Assembly (NCBI GenBank): GCA_965206695.1
Contig: CBDBKM010000013.1
Location: 1-64,000 of the forward strand
From: Chlamydiales bacterium
GTDB lineage: Bacteria; Chlamydiota; Chlamydiia; Chlamydiales; JAAZZY01
Length of the DNA: 64,000 nt
Direction: 5' to 3'
Every line of letters begins with the position of its first letter. Positions within the stretch are counted from its first letter, which is position 1. The position numbers were made by a program, and so were the translations under genes. The notes beneath the pieces are model-generated. The model was not told where the DNA came from. It saw nothing but the letters and a program-made list of their open reading frames with translations, and ran no database searches. Below, piece by piece: positions 57,790-64,000 of the stretch.

Positions 57790-60700
57790 TTATACTGAAG
57801 ACATTGACGGTAGGATATTAAATTTCCTTTCGATATCCTCTGCCGATCCTTCAGCTTCCGGATAGGGTTCTAAACTTCCACTCGAAATTGGATCACGATT
57901 AGAATCTATCCACCAATTTGTATGAGAAAAGCCAAAGCTTGTATCGCCGGGATCCAGCCCATAAGCTTTTTTCGTATCTATTTCCAGTTGAGCTAATAGT
58001 TCAGAAGCAGCAGCACCCGGAGTCATCTCAGTGAGGTGTTTACCGGTTCTTTTAAAAATCTCATCATCGGCTTGCTTCGGCCATGGATCACTTTGAGTGA
58101 CTTGAGGATCCATACTATTATAAGGTGTTTGATCTTCAAGATCAAAACTAAGCATTCCCATTGCTTGCTTAGCTGAAATACCCAGCTTTTGGGTTAAAAA
58201 ATCAATCCAAGCTTTACTTCCGTAATCCGCATTATCAACACTCAAGTAATACCCGGCTCCATCATTATAGGCCATCACATTGATGTTATCAATTGGAGAA
58301 GGGTTGGTAAAAAGGAAAGATAATTGTTTCGGATTACTAATACTTCCGGCCATGGTCAATTGAATACTTGTAGAATTACCATCTACATTACCATGTTGAG
58401 CTTTAGCGTGTAATTCATCAAAGAAAGCTTTAATATTAGCTTGACCATTTTGAGCAATAAAATCGCTTAAACCACTACCTTCTAAATCATAGTCAATACT
58501 ATCACAGTATTTTCCAATGTTTTCATAAAAACTATCCGCATAAGCTTTAGGATCGCCCGGGAACTTCATACCACTACCTTGAGCATCTTCCCCACCGACA
58601 GATAAACCTAATTTAATGCCATAAGTTTGGGCTTCATCATGTATCAGCTGCATGGTTTGAGCTTGAGTAAGACCCGCTTCCTGACCGTACTTAAGAAGTT
58701 GTTCTACAGTATTACCTGCACCATGTGAATTAATTTGGTCGAATGATAACTTTGCTTCTGTAATACCGTTATGCATACATTCAGCAAAATATTTATCTAA
58801 AGCATTAGTCAGATCTGCTTTAGTCGGTTTATTAGGAAACTGTATTCGGCTTGTATCAAACCAAATACCACTACCACCTGCAGCATTTGGAAAGGACTTA
58901 TCATCTCCTTTACCAATCACTTTATTTTTCAATGAAGGAACAGCTTGAATCATTTGATCCACTAGTGAGCCTGTACGTCCTTGTCCGTTGATCAGGGTTG
59001 TGGCATCATTATACGCCCGGCTTACTTGCTTAAAGCTTGGGTCCTGTATTAAAGATGAAACCTGCGTTTGTATTTGAGAAAGTTTTGCATTAAAATCCTT
59101 TTGATCAAAGGTGCCTTTATCAAAAATTTGCATGATGGTATCATCAAGTAATGCATTAAAAGATGTATTAAGAGCATCCAGTTTTTGTCCAATACTTTGA
59201 AGGCCTTTTTTAGCTGTAGAAATTTCTTCTAAAGTCTGTTTAATTTTCTTTTCTAACGCATCAATATCATTTTTAGAAGCGCTTGTTTTTTCATTTTCTT
59301 TCAAAGTGGCATAATCATTAGCCAGTTGATACTCTAAAGATGAAATATTATGTTCATATCCCTCAATTTCCTTATTTAAGGCATTGATCTCATTTCCCGG
59401 AGAGGTTTTATCTCCATAAGTCGTTTTTACAACGTATAGTAAGTCATTGATCTGATCAGGACTTAATTTTGATGGATCTTGAGATAATTCCATCGCTTTT
59501 CTTATATCTGCTAAGACCGCTTGAGGAGTACTATAACCGGTATGCAGCATCTTGTTATATAACGTTTTTAATTCGTCTTGGAAAACGGTTGTTAACTCAG
59601 TAGCTATTTTAGTAGCTGTTGCCTGATCATATCCTTTTTCTTTCATGAGGTATTGTATCCAGGCATCTTTATTTTTAATAATAGCAGCATTACCTTGCGC
59701 CCAGACATAATTGGCACCGGCCTTACCTGTTAAGAAAGTAAGATCAATAGAAGAAGTATCAATCTTTGGATTTTTTGCTAATATATCGATTAGATCAGAA
59801 TGAAAAGTAGAGCCGGGATCAAATAAATCCAGCATTAAAGCATTCTTATCAGCAGTAGCGCTTGCGGTATCTTTAGCTATTTGACTTGCATTTTGTTTAT
59901 AAGCGCTGATGAAACTTTCAATTTTTTTCATGGCAGCCGCATCACCACTAACCGCTTTGTTATACAGATCAATGATATCCATAGAACCTTTACTATTGCC
60001 AAAGATAGTATCCTGAAGCTGAAAAGTTGTGCCATCAGGCCCTGTATAGGTTTTAGTAGATAAGCTTTGATAAAGAGTTAAGACTTGTTGATCTTTAGTC
60101 AAAAGAGATTCCATTTCAGTCAGCTTATCGCCCATAACACCTTGAGCTTTTAAACTCGCAATATCATTTTTAAGTTGATCTATGTTCTTAGTTAAATCTG
60201 CAGGTGTTTCGTAAGCTTGGCCACCGGTCCAATTCTTAAACCAATCTTGATGAGCGTTCAATTGATTTAGATCATTATAAATTTGAGCTAATTCCGGTGG
60301 GTGACAATGATCAGGATAGCCCGGAGGTGGATTTAAGGAGCTACTTGGAGTTGTTCCGCCGGCACTATCTATTAATTTTTTTTGAGTAGCAGCGCTCTCA
60401 GTTGTAAAAGAATAAACAGCTCCTGATGGAGCTTTTGCAATTGCTAAACTATATTCTTTACCTAACCATTGAACTGATTTCTGATAACTTTGTTGATCTG
60501 TTGGTAAAATCGGTGGTTGAGCATGTGTAATAAGATATTTCCCAAGACCTGTTGTCCAAAAGTCATTCATATGAGTTTGATAGTTCTGCATATCTTGTAA
60601 TATATCTTGATATGCAACTATCGGATCTGAAGATGTAGGTGTTGGGGGTGTTGGGGGTGAAACTTTTAGATCTTTAATAGCCTGCCGGATAGTTACAGGG

Positions 60701-61269
60701 TCAGATTTATTGATTGCATCAATAATTTGTTCAATATCACCCTTTTTTTGACCCGTTGTAAGTGATGAATTTTCTAAATCATCTAAAAAATCATGAATGG
60801 AATTAAACTTAAATGAAGAACCTGACTCGTATCCAAATCCATCTCTTTCTAATAATGCTTTAATATTGGAAAGACCAAAGTCTTTTTCCAATACCTCCAA
60901 TATAGAATCTGAATCTGATTTTGAAATCGCATCTAGTAAATCTTTACTATCTACATACTTACCTTTTCCTGATGGTTGATCAGGATTAGGAAGATTAGGA
61001 ATAGTCTTACCTTCCGATTTTAAATCATTATATGTATGAGTTGCCCAATCAGTTAATTTTGATACATTTCCCCGGTCAGAGACTAATTCATTTAATAGAT
61101 TGTCATATTGATTCGCATCTATCACATTACACTGAGAATAAACTTGCTGCAACCATTGAACTAGCCGGGTGTAGTAAGTTTGTGGATTTGTTGATTGTGT
61201 ACTTGTTATATCTTGTGGTGCTTTCACCGCTAATTGAGTTGAAAATGCATCTAATGCCCGATTACTCAT
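57790..61269 (-). CDS. 1159-aa protein with coiled coil and C-terminal GH18 (chitinase-like) domain
   Basis: KLGLSVGG, DSIDYDLE (DxxDxDxE) and INVMAY motifs; AAGGAG RBS; terminator. Confidence 0.75.
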   Translation of the reverse strand: MSNRALDAFSTQLAVKAPQDITSTQSTNPQTYYTRLVQWLQQVYSQCNVIDANQYDNLLNELVSDRGNVSKLTDWATHTYNDLKSEGKTIPNLPNPDQPSGKGKYVDSKDLLDAISKSDSDSILEVLEKDFGLSNIKALLERDGFGYESGSSFKFNSIHDFLDDLENSSLTTGQKKGDIEQIIDAINKSDPVTIRQAIKDLKVSPPTPPTPTSSDPIVAYQDILQDMQNYQTHMNDFWTTGLGKYLITHAQPPILPTDQQSYQKSVQWLGKEYSLAIAKAPSGAVYSFTTESAATQKKLIDSAGGTTPSSSLNPPPGYPDHCHPPELAQIYNDLNQLNAHQDWFKNWTGGQAYETPADLTKNIDQLKNDIASLKAQGVMGDKLTEMESLLTKDQQVLTLYQSLSTKTYTGPDGTTFQLQDTIFGNSKGSMDIIDLYNKAVSGDAAAMKKIESFISAYKQNASQIAKDTASATADKNALMLDLFDPGSTFHSDLIDILAKNPKIDTSSIDLTFLTGKAGANYVWAQGNAAIIKNKDAWIQYLMKEKGYDQATATKIATELTTVFQDELKTLYNKMLHTGYSTPQAVLADIRKAMELSQDPSKLSPDQINDLLYVVKTTYGDKTSPGNEINALNKEIEGYEHNISSLEYQLANDYATLKENEKTSASKNDIDALEKKIKQTLEEISTAKKGLQSIGQKLDALNTSFNALLDDTIMQIFDKGTFDQKDFNAKLSQIQTQVSSLIQDPSFKQVSRAYNDATTLINGQGRTGSLVDQMIQAVPSLKNKVIGKGDDKSFPNAAGGSGIWFDTSRIQFPNKPTKADLTNALDKYFAECMHNGITEAKLSFDQINSHGAGNTVEQLLKYGQEAGLTQAQTMQLIHDEAQTYGIKLGLSVGGEDAQGSGMKFPGDPKAYADSFYENIGKYCDSIDYDLEGSGLSDFIAQNGQANIKAFFDELHAKAQHGNVDGNSTSIQLTMAGSISNPKQLSFLFTNPSPIDNINVMAYNDGAGYYLSVDNADYGSKAWIDFLTQKLGISAKQAMGMLSFDLEDQTPYNSMDPQVTQSDPWPKQADDEIFKRTGKHLTEMTPGAAASELLAQLEIDTKKAYGLDPGDTSFGFSHTNWWIDSNRDPISSGSLEPYPEAEGSAEDIERKFNILPSMSSV

Positions 61270-61436
61270 ATAAGCTCCTTAATCCGTAATTTTTAGGTTT
61301 TTATTATTCAAAGCCTCGTAAATATTTCATTTACAGCTATCTATATTTTTATTTAGATGGTTCTTTTATCATACGCTTTACTTAAGCTATATTATATCAA
61401 AAACAGAATTTAAAGTAAAGAATTATTTAAAAAGCG

Positions 61437-61468
61437 ATTAACCGGATTAGGTATTAACCGGATTAGGT
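61437..61468. repeat. perfect 16-bp tandem repeat
   Basis: attaaccggattaggt twice. Confidence 0.85.
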
Positions 61469-62917
61469 TTATATGATATCAAAATGATGATGAATAGCCT
61501 CATCTTTTTTTAGTTTTGATATCATCATTTTCAACCGATTGCGTATTGTATGATCTTTCCATACTCTTTGATATCCCCTTAATGCGATCTCTTTTCTTTC
61601 GATAGGATTTTCAAGATAATACTGCACCTTTTCTATTAGCTCATCTGCAGATTCAAAACACACAATCTCTTTATCGATTTCAAAACACTCTTCGATAACA
61701 GGAGAATAATTTGTCATAACAAATCCACCTGATCCTAAAATATCAAATACTCTTCCGGGAATAGCATTTAAAGCATAAAAACGAGTGAGGTTCAGATTAA
61801 TCTTACTATGTTGGTAAATATGGGGTCTTTCTTGAGATAATTCCGCCATGCCATGATAAGATAAATAAGCATCATCAATCTCACCCCAAAGCTTATTACC
61901 ATAAATATCTACTTGCTTGCCTTTTGATGTAAGAGCTTGAATGTAGGCTTTTCTTTGGATAGGAACAACTTCTTTAGCTAAAGAATATATCAAACTCTTA
62001 TAAGTCAGTTCAGGATAATCTTTTCGCCATTCTCTAGGAGGAAGGTCAATATTTCCTTCTTCTTTTAGTGCTTCTACTATTTGAGGCATGATAAAATCAT
62101 CGATATTATCACTTTGAAGTTTTATGGCTGTTTGCATTAGGTCAAGCAAGCGATGCCATTTTAAGGAGTCTATAAAATTTATATGGGTATTTAAATGTTT
62201 CAAAATATCAGGTAAAAAGAGATTATGATAAGTAGAGTGATTGTTATCTTGTAGAGCTCCGATAAAAGAGATATCATGAAGATACTCCTCTTCTTTTAAA
62301 TCTTTAAAAGGCTTTTTATCAAAATCAACAGCCGGGGGTAAGTAGTTTATATTTTCAAATCCCTTTTTTCTAAAGACCTCAACTTGGCCTTTACAATACG
62401 CAAAATAATAGTTTTGAGGATGAATCAATCTCTTATCAAAAACACCGGGAGAGAAATTGACCAGAGGATCTACCATCCAGCAAATATGAGGTAATTCGGC
62501 ATATAGAGATTGTGTTTCTTCAGCGCTTAAGTTCCAATCGAAGTGATTGATATAAAAAAATAAGTGATAGTTATTTGCATTGAACTCAAATGACTTTTCT
62601 TCTAAATTCAACCATTGCCATGTAGCTCCGGCTTCCAAACACGCTTTTTTTGCTGTCGTCATCAAAAAGTCTCTTTTATAACCTAGAATGTTAAAAGGCT
62701 CTTTAGCTTGTTTTTGGAGATATAATAACCTCTTATCGAACACATTATTTTTAAAGTTTAATTCTTTAGATATTCGATGAGCTAATTCCAATGCTTTTAT
62801 ATGTTTCGAGTGATTTTCTAAAATTTTTTGCAGGGATATTAATGCTTTTCTTTTTTGACCTTGTCCATATAGTTTATTAGCTTGCACAAGGAGACGATCG
62901 GAAATTTCTTTAACCAT
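61469..62917 (-). CDS. CgeB-like glycosyltransferase with an N-terminal TPR-like segment
   Basis: WMVDP, YLPPA, DISFIG, SKINLN, RVFDILGSGGF, HTIRNR. Confidence 0.8.
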   Translation of the reverse strand: MVKEISDRLLVQANKLYGQGQKRKALISLQKILENHSKHIKALELAHRISKELNFKNNVFDKRLLYLQKQAKEPFNILGYKRDFLMTTAKKACLEAGATWQWLNLEEKSFEFNANNYHLFFYINHFDWNLSAEETQSLYAELPHICWMVDPLVNFSPGVFDKRLIHPQNYYFAYCKGQVEVFRKKGFENINYLPPAVDFDKKPFKDLKEEEYLHDISFIGALQDNNHSTYHNLFLPDILKHLNTHINFIDSLKWHRLLDLMQTAIKLQSDNIDDFIMPQIVEALKEEGNIDLPPREWRKDYPELTYKSLIYSLAKEVVPIQRKAYIQALTSKGKQVDIYGNKLWGEIDDAYLSYHGMAELSQERPHIYQHSKINLNLTRFYALNAIPGRVFDILGSGGFVMTNYSPVIEECFEIDKEIVCFESADELIEKVQYYLENPIERKEIALRGYQRVWKDHTIRNRLKMMISKLKKDEAIHHHFDII

Positions 62918-62967
62918 TTTAAAAACCCTATTTTGACATCACAAAGAACCTATTGATTAGACAGCTT

Positions 62968-63141
62968 ATGAAACGTGTTCATATAACTAATATTGGATTT
63001 GAAGAAGAATTAAGTGATGATAGACCAATTGGACTCTATCATATTTTAAGTAAACGCTCTCTTTTTATCGAAATGCAATTTCTTCCTCTTTTATTTGCTG
63101 ACGAACACGATACTATAATTATCTACCCACCTTCTGTTTAA
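62968..63141 (+). pseudogene. short, probably truncated hypothetical gene
   Basis: MKRVHITNIGFEEEL...QFLPLLFA looks like the N-terminus of a longer protein. Confidence 0.3.
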
Positions 63142-63192
63142 ATACAAATAATCAACCAATAGCAATGCCATTGAGCCTAAAAATTAACTTGC

Positions 63193-64000
63193 CTACTCAG
63201 GCTTTTTCCCAAAGATGATGGTTTGCATTGTCAAGCCTTGTACTAAGATAGAAAAAACTACGATAAGATACGTTACCGTTAAAATAATCTCTCTCATGGG
63301 CGATGATGGCATTGTCAAAGCCATTGCGACAGGCAACGCTCCTCTCAGTCCTCCCCAGGTAAGAATGAGAACAACGTTTTTAGTAAATGTTCGATAGAAA
63401 GAAAAAATTCTTATAGGAATCCAAACGCTTACCAAGCGGCAAAATAAAACAACCACAATGGCAATAAGGCCGGCTACGATATGTAATCCTTGAAATTTCA
63501 CAGCCAGGACCTCTAAACCAATTAAAACAAATAGTAGAGCATTAAGAATTTCATCTATTAATTCCCAGAAGGTTTCTAAGCGTATTCTAGAATGTTCGCT
63601 CATTGCCATTTTGTGTATCTGAGAGCCGATAAAAAGACCGGCAACGACCATTGCAATAGGACCCGAGGTCTCTAATTCCGTAGCTAGTGCATAGCCACCG
63701 GACACTAATGTCAGAGTAATTAAAACCGCTACATTATGATCTTCGACAGTGCGCAGTAAAATACAAGCAAACCATCCCATTATAAAACCTAAAATAGCTC
63801 CTCCAATCGCTTCTCTTAAAAAAAGAAGCACTACTTCTGAAGTAGTGAAGGAATCACTCGTGACCAATTGTAATAAAGAGATAAAGATAACAATCCCTAC
63901 ACCATCATTAAATAACGATTCCCCTGCAATTTTAGCTTGCAGTGGTCTTGGTGCATTTGCATTTTTTAACATCGATAAAACAGCGATTGGATCCGTAGGA
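63193..64000 (-). CDS. CPA1-family Na+/H+ antiporter (NhaP-like), 5' end outside the window
   Basis: PTDPIAV, GESLFNDG, SGPIAMVVAG, WGGLRG. Confidence 0.9.
   Translation of the reverse strand, partial: PTDPIAVLSMLKNANAPRPLQAKIAGESLFNDGVGIVIFISLLQLVTSDSFTTSEVVLLFLREAIGGAILGFIMGWFACILLRTVEDHNVAVLITLTLVSGGYALATELETSGPIAMVVAGLFIGSQIHKMAMSEHSRIRLETFWELIDEILNALLFVLIGLEVLAVKFQGLHIVAGLIAIVVVLFCRLVSVWIPIRIFSFYRTFTKNVVLILTWGGLRGALPVAMALTMPSSPMREIILTVTYLIVVFSILVQGLTMQTIIFGKKPE

Overview
AT-rich bacterial chromosome segment, most likely from an environmental or host-associated member of the Chlamydiota. This is inferred from the DUF721-gyrB-gyrA-tmk-holB synteny, a DUF2608-type protein and effector-like ORFs. 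Roughly one third of the window (about 22 kb, my tally) is IS-derived (IS630, IS5, IS30, IS1634, IS1380, IS200/IS605, MITEs), mostly decayed or nested, and there are many pseudogenes. Intact metabolic genes include xylB, a speA-speB-deoxyhypusine-synthase-like operon, a ubiG-like methyltransferase, pncA, a PhzE/TrpEG-like fusion, glsA, a thioesterase, a glycosyltransferase and a CPA1 antiporter. Main findings: (1) a eukaryote-type HECT E3 ligase gene split by an IS605 element whose precise excision restores the reading frame; (2) a window-wide mutational drive toward CCGG, including two CTAG/CCGG double substitutions between sister IS copies, suggesting a CCGG methylase plus VSP-like repair encoded elsewhere; (3) a TnpB system with a readable TTTAT TAM plus a 275-bp protein-free element retaining an omegaRNA-like scaffold; (4) a 1159-aa protein with a C-terminal GH18 domain that shares its N-terminal domain with a neighbouring ORF; (5) a microhomology-mediated tandem duplication whose ORF copies diverge almost only at non-synonymous sites. 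No rRNA, tRNA or CRISPR array was seen. All calls are by eye, without database searches.
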